From the NCBI GenBank assembly GCA_000320545.1, contig ADNK01001701.1:75290-139289 (forward strand): 64,000 nt of DNA, in the 5' to 3' direction. The notes beneath the pieces were generated by a model. The model did no database searches and was not told the DNA's origin. It saw nothing but the letters and a program-made list of their open reading frames with translations. Origin of the DNA: Bigelowiella natans CCMP2755. Its lineage: Eukaryota > Protista > Cercozoa. Of this stretch, positions 13,544-25,759 are shown piece by piece (within the stretch, counting starts at the first letter, position 1; each line of letters opens with the position of its first letter). The position numbers were made by a program, and so were the translations under genes.

Positions 13544-15711
13544 TCAGCACCAAGCCTGCACAAAGCCACACAACGAGAAGATGCGTTCGGACTCGACTGA
13601 CGTGGCTGGTGTGGACAAGTGGTGTCTAGCAACAACTGCCAAACTGGGAAAGTTCTTGTGATGCTTTCTCCACCAATCAAAGACGTCCAGATTTGTGACC
13701 CCGCAGGCTTCAGTTCTCGCCATGGTTTTCTCACAACTTTCAAATTCCACTCTGGCTTTGGCGAGCGCACCTTCATTGTCTTCGTCATTGAAGTTGCTGA
13801 TCGAACAATCATCTTCGGACACGCTGTCCGATTTGCAAGTCGCCAATGCCAGTTCCAGCTCAGATGCCTTTGATGAGCTCGCGCAACCACTCTCTTCCTC
13901 GGCAACGTCAATTGACTTTTGGCGTTGCAATGACTCTTCACGTTGCTTGGCCTCAACACGTTCAGCTTTGAGCACCTCTTCAACTTGCTCGATGAGCTTC
14001 AAGTGAATTGCTTTTCTTGCTTCCTCACCAGGTGCAAACTTGAGTTTGTGTCGACGCGGATCCAAGCGGGCAGCGATCAGAACTTCAGGTTTCCCGATTC
14101 TGATTTTCCAAGAACGTTCCATGCTGGCATGCCCTTTGCTGAGGACAGTGCAAGTCTTCGAGCATCGCTTCTGTCTGCACCTGTGCCAGCGGATGCAGCT
14201 CTCAACTTCAAAGTTGCTGCCATCCACAACGGTGCTGCGACGCTGAGTGCAACAAGTTTCACAGAACACAACACGTCGGTCGTCAGCTTCAGTGGTTGAA
14301 GGCACTTTGTGAGCTGAGCGATCAGTTCCCGTGTCTGCGGAGAAATTGACATTCTTGAAATTTTTGACTTGCTCGTCGAAAGAACTTTGCCGATGTGAGA
14401 TCTCAGGGTGCACGCACGTTGCAACACGTCGTGAGTTGAGTTCCACCGCGTCGGGACGTCAATTGGCAATTTCAATGCTTCGCTGTGGGCATCATTGGCA
14501 CCTGCACCAGGTTGCTGAGACTTCATGAACTCTGCAGTGGCTTTGTTGCTTCTTCTGAAGTGTGTGCAGACTTGCCGCACCCGCTTGATTGCAATTTCAA
14601 TTGACAATCCAGCGTTTGCAAGTTCGTTGACAGCGTGGTCGCTGAGGCAACCTCCATCATCGTCTCCACCAACCAACATCGAAGGGTCAGAAGTTGTGTC
14701 TTGGTCAACAAACGTTGATTCCAACTGAGATTCTTCCTGATCGATGACACCCACTTCTCCCGTGGGTGCTGACAATTTTGTCGGCCAGAGCAGCTTCAAC
14801 GACGAGATTCAGACAACGAGCAGCGCAACTGAGACATTGCTTTGTGTCGTGATCCCTTTTTGGAAGCTCACAAGCTTCAGTTGCATCACTCCCGTTGTCC
14901 CTTGTGATGGTGAGTGTCTTCTCCGCATTCATCAACTTTTGAACAGGCAGAAGCTCGTCTCGAACGTTTTTGGCCAACCTTTCAGCAGTCTTGGATCCTC
15001 GGAGAGCCTTGATTGATGTGGGAAGCATCCTCAGCTCAAACTCTGCGGTGAGACGTTGTGCTGTCATGCTCTCAAACTCGTCCTGCGCTCTGGAGGACCA
15101 GCGCCATCAGTCGTCAAAGCGATTGAACCTCCTTTCACTTTGGACAATTCCGCTGCTGTCACCTTCCTTGCAAGAGTGAACTTTGCCACCAGCACCCCTG
15201 AAACGTTTCTTCGTGATGGTGTTTTGAGTTCAGGTGAGAACTTTTCACAAAAGTTCTTGTGTCCAGGTTTTTCCACCATCGATGACGCATTGACGTCGAT
15301 GATGATCACGTTTGTTGCTTCATTGGCAAGGTCTGCACTCGACGCTTTGAAGAAATTGCTCATGGTTGACTTGGACCTGGACCTTTTGGGAGCTGTGAAC
15401 AAAGGTTTTGATCAAAAAAAGGCTCCACTCAACGACATCAATGAACCCAAAGGATTTGAACCTGTGCTTTGCTTTTCTTTGTGGTGTGTCCTGGTCAGGT
15501 GGCTTGCCAGTGCGTTCGCAGCACCTGACACCTCCTTGTTGCAAGTGTTGCAAACTGCACGCTCTGGTTTCTGCCCTTTCACACTGGTTGCCCACTGCCA
15601 TGCCCAAGACCTTCCAACGATCTTTTTGGTTCTCTGTTGACTTTGTTCACAATCTTCGTCTGTGCAATGACCACAAAGAACAAGAATCACGTTGAAGTTG
15701 ACATTGACCAT
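13544..15711 (-). pseudogene. Frameshifted hAT transposase
   Basis: BED finger (WAWQW..CNTC..HLTRTH), IALTTDG(W), ITRDNG, DVPTRWNST, LDPR and the dimerisation domain WWRK..FPSLAVVAR..LSTPATSVESERIFS are split across several frames. Confidence 0.9.
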
Positions 15712-17652
15712 GATGGCAAACAGGACACGTGGAAAAGTTCAACGTGTCAAACCTTCTTCTTCGACACCCGATGAGCTGGGATTCTGTCGGTCTTTGGATT
15801 CAAAATTGGGCTGTTCGTCAATGACAAGACTTTCTTTGACGTTTGCTGCACGAATGACGTCTCCTCCTTCTCCCGGATGCACGTCCAAAGGCGCTGGTGC
15901 GAAGTCAACTCCCTCTTCAGCACTCAGCTCACGAGGTGCAAATTCCAAAAACGTTCGTTCTTGACAGTCGACCAGGTGATCAACAAGCTCAGCTTCAGTT
16001 TTCCCACGGATGTCAGCTTCTGAAAGTTTTCCTTCTCCTTCAATCCTGCTGGCAAGTGTTCTGACGTCTTCTGCTGCCATTTGCTCGAGAACGTTGCGTT
16101 TCCCAGGCTTCCTCGACGATTTTCTTCGCGGAGCAAGACTTTCGTTGATGGGTGTTTGCCTTTTCTTGCTCCTGGTGCATCGTTTCGTTGGGCAAATGCA
16201 AGCTGGCAAGTGGATTTCTCTGCGAGGTTCACCAAGTGGCGTTCGCTTGGGACCAAAACTGAGAAAAAAGTTGAGACGAAAATTTTCGAAACAAGCCGTT
16301 TTGAAGTGGTTCAATGGGCAATTTTTCTTCAGAAGTTCACTGACAAAACTTGTGTTTGGTTTGTTCAAGTGCTGCTCGAGCTCGTGGAAACAAGCTGGCA
16401 AGCACTTGATTTGAACAAGTGTTGTTTGTTCAAGTGTGTTTGCAAGTGTGTTTGTTTTCAAGCACTTGTGCCCAGCGCTGTTCCAGACTTGCCAGCTTGA
16501 CCAAGCTGGCAAGTGACACGTTGCACGTCCATCACCCAGTTGAGCAGCTTTGCAATCGCACCTCCAGACCTCTGGACCTGGCGTGTCTGGCCAGCTGGGT
16601 GTCACTGCAGCGCTCCAGCGCTGCGCGAGTGCGTCGCAGTCCAGCAGTGACTGGCACGTGCACTGGCTGGGTGAGCTCAACGTGATGAGCTGCAGCGTTT
16701 GCCACTCCAGCACTCTTGGCAAGCATGTTTGGATGAACGTGCGGCAACGTCAGTGTCGTGCAAGCACTTGGCACTTGCAAGTGATTTTTCAAAACGTTCG
16801 CGTTTGTTCAAACCAAACCAAATCAAACGTGTTTGCAAACACTCTTGGAAACTCTTCAAGAAAGTCACAAAAATTGAGCTTTTTGATGCGTCCATGGCAT
16901 GGCCAATTCTAGCAATTGCTGGAATTGTCACCGATGTTGCCAGCCAAGTTTGAGATCGCCTGAGTTTGCGCAGGGGCAGTTGACGCAGCCAGCGTTGCTG
17001 GGTTGGAGCGCGATGATGACCGCCGCTCACACATTGATTGGACGGTCCAGACCAGTGGACGATGGGTTTTGTGGATGTTGCATGCTCTGGTGCTCAAACC
17101 TTTCTGGTCTGGTGGTCAGCACACAAAAGCAGCTGCCATGTTGCCCATTGGAACCCATTCCAGTGGGACAAGTGCACGTGTCTAGATGTGCATGACCAAT
17201 GACGACTTCACGTTGCGGAGGGATGGGGTGTTGGATTCGCTGCCATTTCCAGATTTGTTTGCACAGCCTGCAGTGCAACTCGGTAGCTTGTGTGTGATTT
17301 TCAGATGTGCACCCTCTCATCAATGAATCAACGTGCTGAGCTCAGAGCATGCATTGTTTTCCTCGGGCATCGTGTCACAGGAACTCCATGTGCTGGATGT
17401 AATCATCTTTGACATTTGTGATGTTCGTGTGAGTAACTGGGCGACGAGTTGCAATGTTCATATTTGAATGAATAATTTCTAGTCCTAACTCTTTGATAAT
17501 CCGTGACACTTCGTTTAAGGCTACTAAAAACATGATAACAATAAAATAATGCATTGCAATAATGCTTCTATTATGTAAGTCAATTATCTAATCTCATTTC
17601 TGAGTTTTATTTCAGCGTGATGAAGCACTGTCGAAGTAATCAAGATGATGCT

Positions 17653-18834
17653 TCATAATTTCTTCATCGTTCTAATAAAGAGAAATGGGTTTTTATTAGA
17701 AGTACGTTCATTCACCAAGCAAGTTACAAGGATATCGTAATTTGAGCAAATGTGGAAATGAAGTGAAAACGAATTAAATTGCTTGATGTATGCATGTACC
17801 ATCTCATCCCTTGAAGGAAATTTATCATCATTGAATAACCCACTGCTTGGTTCCTGACGAAAATATCTTACTTTTAAGAAACCCTGTTTCATGAAATCAT
17901 ATTTGTCCAACCTTAAAGCTAATAGGAGGCGATATTTTTACAGGATCAAGGACTGAAAGTGGGTTCTTGATTTCTGCCATCGAATTCTTGCTCTCAGTGG
18001 CGAAGAGTATTGGATCGTGTTGTGAAATCATTTTGTCTCCTCTACTTCGGAATGCCTTTCTGTGTAGTTCCGGTTCACTGAAAGTGCAGAAACGTTTTTT
18101 TTCCAGTTTTCACTCAATTTAGAAATTTATATTTATAGATTATGGATTACTAGCCATGTTAAAACCTTTTTGTGACGTCATCATTTGAATCATCGTCAAA
18201 GATTTCAGAGAATTCCTAGCACGAATAAGTTTTACTTCTTAACAATGCAAAATGCAATGTGAGTCTATCTTCCTTACCGGTTTGAAGAACACATTTGGAA
18301 GACTTTGAGAACGGAGACGTCGATGATGTTGATTTTGTGGGCGAAATCTGCGACGTCGCTCATGAAATCTCTCTATTTTCTGAAAATATTTTTATGCTTT
18401 CTCTTCATCTATTTTTTTTCTACAAAAACTTTTAATTGTTACTTGGTTTTGTGAGGCACGCCCTTTCAATTTGACACGCATTCTTGGCTGCTGAGGCGAC
18501 AATTCTCTAATTTCTCTCAGACGTCGTCGCTCAAAAACGCCTCTTGCATTCTGGCGATGATGCCGAGAACTATTATGTTGGCGATGTCTTGCATGCGAAC
18601 GAGGCCGGCTTGTAGATGTCTCATTTTGGAGTTTATTCAACTAAGCAAGTATGTTTTCAGCAGGGGTAAGTTTATTAATGTGAACTGTGACCAACTTCTA
18701 TAGCAAGTGATCTGTTGCGCTGGACAAGCAAAATGTGGGTCTGCATCAGGTGATGGAGCATTGTGATCGTCTCTCCAAGAATTGCAGTTTTTTCCATCCT
18801 GTTGAGATAGTTGAGATACTGTATCATGTATCAT
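17653..18834 (-). CDS. Hypothetical spliced protein (exon structure unresolved)
   Basis: Minus-strand ORF pieces 17653-17910 and 18392-18640 have coding-like composition and GT/AG flanks; no motif recognised. Confidence 0.3.
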
Positions 18835-19446
18835 TTTTCAACTATAACAGAAAAACTAGTAACACACCTCCTACTCGAATTTGGTTTCAGGAAGGAAACA
18901 AGAGTACTATACTAAAAGAAAATACATCTTAAGTGGATCTGCATGAATCAAATGTACATGAAGAATGTGTTGACATAATTTAGAAACAATCACATGTTGA
19001 TTAAGAATATTTCGCCGTTCCTTCTCCCTAGCCTTCTTCCGAGTTCTAGGGGATCCCTATGCAAGATTAGAGGCAAACACACATCATCCATGATGAGGAA
19101 GTATAGCGTATTCTAGAACCTGCCGTGAGTCGTTATTTGTCATCATTACAGAGTTAGGGGCGGGAATGGTAGTTATGATTTCATTGAAAATTCAAGCATT
19201 TTCATGGTCGAAGGGTTTAAAACGCAGTGCATATTCTACTACTTCATTCCATAAATAGCACTTCTTCAGCTTTGTTTGGTAAGTTAAGTTTACTGCTCCT
19301 TTTGTGCATGTTTGGTTTTGTTGAGGTTTGCAGATATTTGTTTGTTTCTAGTGGCGATTCCAACGACGGTTGGGTTAGAATCGCAGGACATATTTGCAGT
19401 GCGTCATGAATAAATAAGCACAAAGACCCTCGCTTAGAACTTAGAA

Positions 19447-22400
19447 ATGGACGAGGAAAATGGGGGTAGAGACCAGAGCTCTCAAGGAACCAATCGTAAC
19501 GTTTCTGTAAATATTGAGCCTGGATCCCACCTCGGGGTATTAAAGAAGTTCTACTATATTCGTAAAAGAAAATATAATATTATTGAATACAGTCACAGAG
19601 CACTATTATGAGCTTCCCGGCAACAGTAACCCCGCGAGGTACCATGAAAAGTTTGCTGGAACGGTACGTTAACACATCAAATGAATCGATAAATGCTGAA
19701 TGGTTGTGTTCATTTTGACTGAAGACCGAGAACAGGCGCACCTGAGAAGTAAACATCAAAGATAATACAAAATGCTATGCATCAACCATGAATCATGAAT
19801 CGAACAGATCACTGCTATCGCCCAGACATATTTCAGGGGATGGCTTCAGGCAGAGCGTATAATGTTTTTCTATGTTTATCATCAAGATTATGAACAAAAT
19901 TGATTTCCCTAGACGTGGTCTGCGTCTGATTCTCCGCGGGCAATACTTCAAAATGACGATCCTAATCAAAAGGTTCATCGGTTTACATATGTGTGCTCAT
20001 TGAGTAACATTTTTTTTATTAGGGATCACATCGTTCCAGACGCAGCGTAGGTTCAGGTGTTTATCATCTTGGTCAGTTATTGCCCCATGTATTCATTACT
20101 TTATCCTTTTCAATTAATCCCTAAGTCGGAAATGACATTCCCAGACCTGTATCTGTGTTGAAGGTTATTTAATCGATGTATTGGATACCTTCTATTCCAA
20201 GTTTGAAATTGATTTCAATAAAAGGGTGAGGTGAAAGGTCGTTTTGGAAGCACAGAATACGAAATTGTAAATCCAAAAGCCGCTCGTGTTGGGAATCTTT
20301 TCCAGGTGCGTAGAAACCACTCAATGATTGCAAAGTTAGAAAATATATATTTTAAACATAGAATTAGCTATTCTCTAAATCCACATTTTTACCTGCGCTG
20401 GTTTCAGTTAAAGGATAAAGAAGGAAACTTATATGCAGCAAAACCATGTGACAAGATTGCCCAGAAGCAATTCAAGCGAGAAGCAATGCAGTAATTTGAG
20501 TTCAGCTTAGTATTCATTATTTTACTAAACTCTGATCTTATTACTCTTTTTCCAGATACTTCCATATGGATCCTCATCAAAATGTATTGACTATCACTGA
20601 TATCGCCCATGTTCTACATGAGCAACAGGTTCATTTGGTTTTCAAATTTATGACGAAGTTATGCTGACACTGGGACCGGCCATTAGGATATCAAGCTTCT
20701 GGTTGTGCCTTGGGCTACAATCGGAAATCTTCAGGTCGATTTCTTCGAAAGAAAACAAGTTTCTACTCTGAAAATTGATTTTGCATTTAGGCTTGCATGT
20801 CACTTTGCGTCATATCGCTAAGTCTTCGCATTGATCTTTGCAGACAGATCGGAAAGGGTAATGGACCATTTACCTATTGTTCACTCATATTCTCATATTA
20901 TTACACAATCTGCAAATAAAGGCCTTCAGCATCTGCATCACTTGAATCCTCCAATGATCCATCAGGTTCAGCGGCATTATTTCAACTGATTTTCCATGAA
21001 GTCTTCCTTTACTTTTATTATCAGAATCTCAAACCTCAAAACGTCCTAATGTTTATAGAAGAGGATAAGCTTGTTGCAAAGGTAAAAAAATGGGTAATCG
21101 TAATAAAATATAACCTCATTACACACTACTGTACAGATTACAGACTTTGGAATTATGGCTAGCGGGTATCTAAATTTAAATTCTTTCATTTATTTTAAAT
21201 ATTTGATATTTGTTTTCATTTACAGTGTGAGTAGTATCAAATTGGTCTCGCCTCCAGGTTGAATAATCATGTTCCTATCTTGCAAAAATGATTGGGATTG
21301 AAATCTAGGTAGCATTGCGGATGACAAGGAGTTTGAATCAAAATTGTCGTCTTCGCGACGGTATATTTCTGCTTACATAATTTTCCCAAAAAGTCCCAAT
21401 TTAGTTGTTTTGCTAAAATTCCGGGGAGTAGGGGGAGTTCTGGAAGCCGGCATAGGTCTCTCAGTCGCTCGAAGCATGGAAAACCAAACCGAACTTCAAG
21501 GAAACCATCTGTTCCACCATTAACATCACCCAGGTAACTCAGAAAATAGATTGACACCCAGGTAACTGAGAAAAAAGATCGTATATGTCTAATCTTTTTA
21601 CGTGACTCAGTACAAGTAAATCCCGCGGCAAACAAACCAGGACTTCTAGAAAGGTTGCAGCATACGAACAATAAAGCCTTATTATTACACATAAGATCAG
21701 CATATACTTAAAGGCCAAGAACTCTCCAAGAGGATACAATCTGAGGACGCCTAGGAACACCGAGCATGAAGATTCAAACTATTGGGTAAGTGAAGTTTCC
21801 ATTTTTATTAACATATTTGATTTTTGGCTTCTCTGTACATTTTGCTTAAGGCCTCCCCTGAACAAAGGCCAGGCAACACCAGTTTGAATAATTTTGTTTT
21901 GAACTAAAAGCTCGAAAAAATAATCCTCTGTGGTTTGTGACAGACAAAATATCTGTGAAGAGTGATGTATTTTCATTGGGTTTACTCTGTATCTACATTC
22001 TGGGAAAGGGGGTATACATACATTCTATACAGATTTCATTATCATCGATGACCAGTATGCTTAATCACAGGAGGAAATACCGAACTTTGCACAGGTTAAA
22101 ATCAACGTAAAATTTAAAACCAGTTTTAAATTTTACGTTGGTTTTTTCATAAAGGGTTTCTTTACTCTGAACTATCATGCTCCTGGAATGTTGAAGAAAG
22201 TTAAGGAGTGTCTAGAACCATATGGGTAAAATTTATACGATGAATAGAATTTAATTGATCAGAAAATGTTTTTTTAAAGGTATAAAACCAGGCGCAAAGT
22301 TCAAATACTCGCAAAGTATTTATTCCGATAGGGGAGAAATACTGTTGTGTGTGTGCAATAAAAGTATGTTTCGTATTCGGAGATATGATCATCACTGTAG

Positions 22401-25400
22401 TCATTGATCAGGGTTCTCACTTCTTGCTGCGGAAAGTTTTCCTTCTCTCGGCCTGGAGTAAAAGATCTTTTGAAGGTGTGTCTTGGATGGAGAAATTTAT
22501 TCTAGCAGATAATTATTTTCATGACAATAAAGGCTCTTCAAGAAGCCAGGGGAACTAAAAAAGGTCAATTCTAAGAATGAAGCTAAGGGATCAAGCTCTG
22601 ATATTTGTTCAAATATTTTGATATTTTGATAGGAAAGTTGACATTTAAATTTCATAGTTTGCCAAGACCAACAACAGCTGAAGACTCAAAGGTCCACTTG
22701 ACTAGAAAATTTCGAAGTTAGTATCCAGATTACTTTCCAGAGCCAACACACTAAACTACATAGGATACTTATCGTCAACGACAAAAGAAGTTGAAAGATA
22801 GCGAGAAGCAAATGAGGTGTGGTGAAACAAGTTCAAAGTTCATTCAGTATCTATCTAAACTGAATTTATTTTGTAACACTGAATATTTTGTAACAAGATT
22901 TACTCAATTTCTGGACTCAATGTTCAACAATCAAAAAGTTTCGATAGCATACAAATTCTATTCGAAGGTATCAAAATACTGTGATTACTTATCAAGAAGA
23001 ATAAAGGCAGTGAAACATGCTAACACAATCAGGACGCAGAGAAAGGAGATGCCAAGGCGCAATATAATCTGGGAAATTGCTACCTTAAAGTGATAGTATC
23101 AAATTGATGTAGTCTAAAAAATATGCTAAAGTTTTGAATGGCTGTTCCAGGGCATAGGTATGGAGAAAAATGATCAGCTAGCTGTAAAGTGGTACACTGC
23201 GAGTGCAGTGCAGGTACATATTTCATTCAATTATTCTGACATTATGTGCTTGTATCGACCTTCGAACTAAGAATGTTCTAAAAGGGAAATGGCGAGGCTC
23301 AAAACAACTTGGGATTATGTTATGAAAAAGGTAACATCATTCGAAAACGTAATTTTTATTAAAGCTATAAACATCAAAGGTTATGGAGTTGAGAAAAATG
23401 CAGATACAGCTTTCCAATGGTGAGAGAGACTAATATTACAAATAAGAAATAAAATTAAATTGGATTAAATCTAAGAAGGATTTTCTCCACAGGTACGCAA
23501 AGAGTGCCGAAGGAAATTGTGCTCTTGGTACTAATTTAGAACTAAGTCCCGAGAGCCTTAACTATATCCATGTTGTATGATGTTTATAGGGCAATTCAAT
23601 CTTGGTTTGTGTTATGAATTCGGTAATTTTTGGTACTCTAAATTTCTATTGCACATCAGCACTCTATTTAATTCGGAACAAAACAGGTATTGGTACGAAG
23701 ATTGAACTTTCCAAGGCAGCTACTTGCTACCGGTGGAATCCCTCATCTATTACCTTCCTCAATTTCTAATATTTGAAATATCACAGTCTAGCTTCTGAAA
23801 AGGGAAACCATGAAGCAATGAACAATTTGGGTATCTAAAATATACAAAGAAATGGATGAGAATAAAATTGAATTTAATATTGAAACCTTTAGCTCTATGC
23901 TACGAACGTGGAATTGGAGTGGAGATTGATCTAAAAAAGGTTCAAATGAAATAAGACATATGGAATTGTACCTAATCTTGGAAACCATAGGCAATACAGT
24001 TGTTCATTAGCAGTGCTGAGAAAGGTTATAGTTATTTTTTGTTGTATAGGAATGAACTCGATACTATAGATATCAATTTTAGGACACGCTATGGCAGAGT
24101 TTAATGTAGCATTGTGCTACCAGAAAGTAGGAACATTGGTTTATAAGCTTAAAAAGGATACTATCTTTTTCATTCAGTCGTGATAGGGCACTTCCGCGAT
24201 TTTTAATAAAAAAATAAATGTTAGGGAAACGGCGTCGAAGAGAATTTTGCCATCGCAATTGAATGGTTTGAACTAAAGGAAGCAATATCAAAGATGTGAA
24301 GTAACATTGTGTGCCTAGGTATAACAGAGCTGCAGAGCATGGATTTGAGCAAGCCCAAGTACTTTTTTTGAGAGTTTAATAATTATGATGATGATTGAGT
24401 TTCTAATTAGTGCAATCTTGGTGTCTTTTACCAGCAAGGAATTGGTAGTTACGTTTCATTTTAGTAGAGAATGTGTTTATCCAAGTATTGTATATAGGAG
24501 TTGCAAAGGACGAAATGAGGGCATGTAAATGGTCATTACATATTGCAAATCGATTCTTTGCATCTTTTTGAATGTATGTTTAATAATATGCAGGTACATC
24601 ACCGCTGCTGCTCAGGTTGGTACGTTCGATTTTTGCGAGTTACGATATCATATGATGTTTCACTTGAAGGGATATGCTGAGGCACAAAACAATCTCGCTA
24701 TATGCTACGAGCATGGTTTTGGACTTTGTTGTTTTATCATGAGTTTTAGCCTAAATTTTGTGTCATTTGTACTTGGGAAGGTATTGGCGTTCCAGCTGAT
24801 CAGAGATTGGCAATCCAATGGTACACCGAAGCATCTCTTCAGGTCATGGATGAGACGCAATGTATACACAGCCATATGATCTTCATCCTTTATATTTGGT
24901 CTTCAAGGGTCATGCAGAAGCTCAATTCAATCTTGCCAACTGCTATTTGAGGGTCATAATGAAGATAATGCTATGAAGTTTTTCTACTGAAAATGATGCA
25001 TTGCTAGGGTGTTGGTGTGGAACCAAATGCACATACTGCTTTCCAATGGTAAGATCACCATTATATGTCATATGTTCTGGGCGTTATCAGTCAATTCGCC
25101 ATTAGGTTCCAAGAAAGTGCCGGCCAGGGAGATCATGCTGATGCACAATTCCAACTTTCTCTCTGCTACCATGATGGTGAATTGTATTCCAACCATTTTA
25201 GCATCGTGCTGATAATGCTTTTTAGGCATCGGAATGCAAGCAAATGAAGAGAGTGCCATCATGTGGTGCCTACGGTAATACATTTGATATTTTAGCTTTG
25301 AGTCTATCGCAGGATATAATTTTGTCATCATTTTTTAATAGAGCCGCACAGAATAATTGCCCAGAGGTGGAAATAAGTTACGTACATGAAGAAACAAGGA

Positions 25401-25731
25401 GTTATTTTTAATCGCATACCATAGGCACAGTATCAAGCCGCATTATTTTATCATCTTGGTCACTTAGTGACTCCAGATGAAGAAAAGGTGGGTACGTATT
25501 TTCAGTAATTACACTTGAGCCAGATCAATTGTTAGAGCAACGAAAATCTGAGGCTACTAATCAAAACGAAAATAGGTTGCTAAGTTTTTCCTCGCTGCAG
25601 CAGAAGGAGGCCACGAAGAATCTATGGTAAACGTCGGAATTTGTTTCAAAAATGGAATTGGTGTCAATCAGGACGAGAAAGAGGCAGAAAAATGGTTCTC
25701 TGCAGCAGAAGCTCATCAAGAAAGTTCCTAA
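19447..25731 (+). CDS. Protein kinase-like domain plus ~11 Sel1-like repeats; extremely intron-dense
   Basis: Spliced motifs YAAKP, GLQHLHHLNPPMIHQ|NLKPQNVL, ITDFG, YW|ASPEQ, KSDVFSLG, followed by repeated AQxNLG/AxCYxxGxGVxxDxxxAxxWY units; stop at 25729-25731. Confidence 0.9.
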
Positions 25732-25759
25732 CTAACGTATACATCGAGCTTATTCTGCT

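Larger units (their letters stand above)
12971..16480 (-). mobile_element. Full-length (3510 bp) degenerate hAT DNA transposon
   Basis: Imperfect TIRs: TGGAGCTGGGCACAAATG (12971) and rc CAGCGCTGGGCACAAGTG (ending 16480). Perfect 8-bp TSD TTCCAGAC at 12963-12970 and 16481-16488 (nTnnnnAn pattern). Internal transposase motifs present. Confidence 0.95.

Noticed and set aside
13544-15711. Alternative genetic code or RNA editing to explain the missing Tyr
   Set aside because: TA is missing in all frames and in non-coding ends, the gene is frameshifted, and neighbouring host genes use TAT/TAC and TAA normally.
12971-16480. Classical RIP or 5mC deamination
   Set aside because: Those raise TpA or deplete CpG and lower GC; the opposite is seen here.
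12890-16908. Ordinary genome-wide TpA under-representation, contamination or sequencing artefact
   Set aside because: Typical TpA avoidance is modest. Here it is near total, graded into the flanks, context-specific, and recurs in seven spacers, with an intact TSD anchoring the element in its locus.
13015-17323. Dense overlapping ORFs in all six frames, suggesting overlapping genes
   Set aside because: Artefact of TpA loss: TAA and TAG stops are absent. Only the minus-strand transposase fragments carry real motifs.
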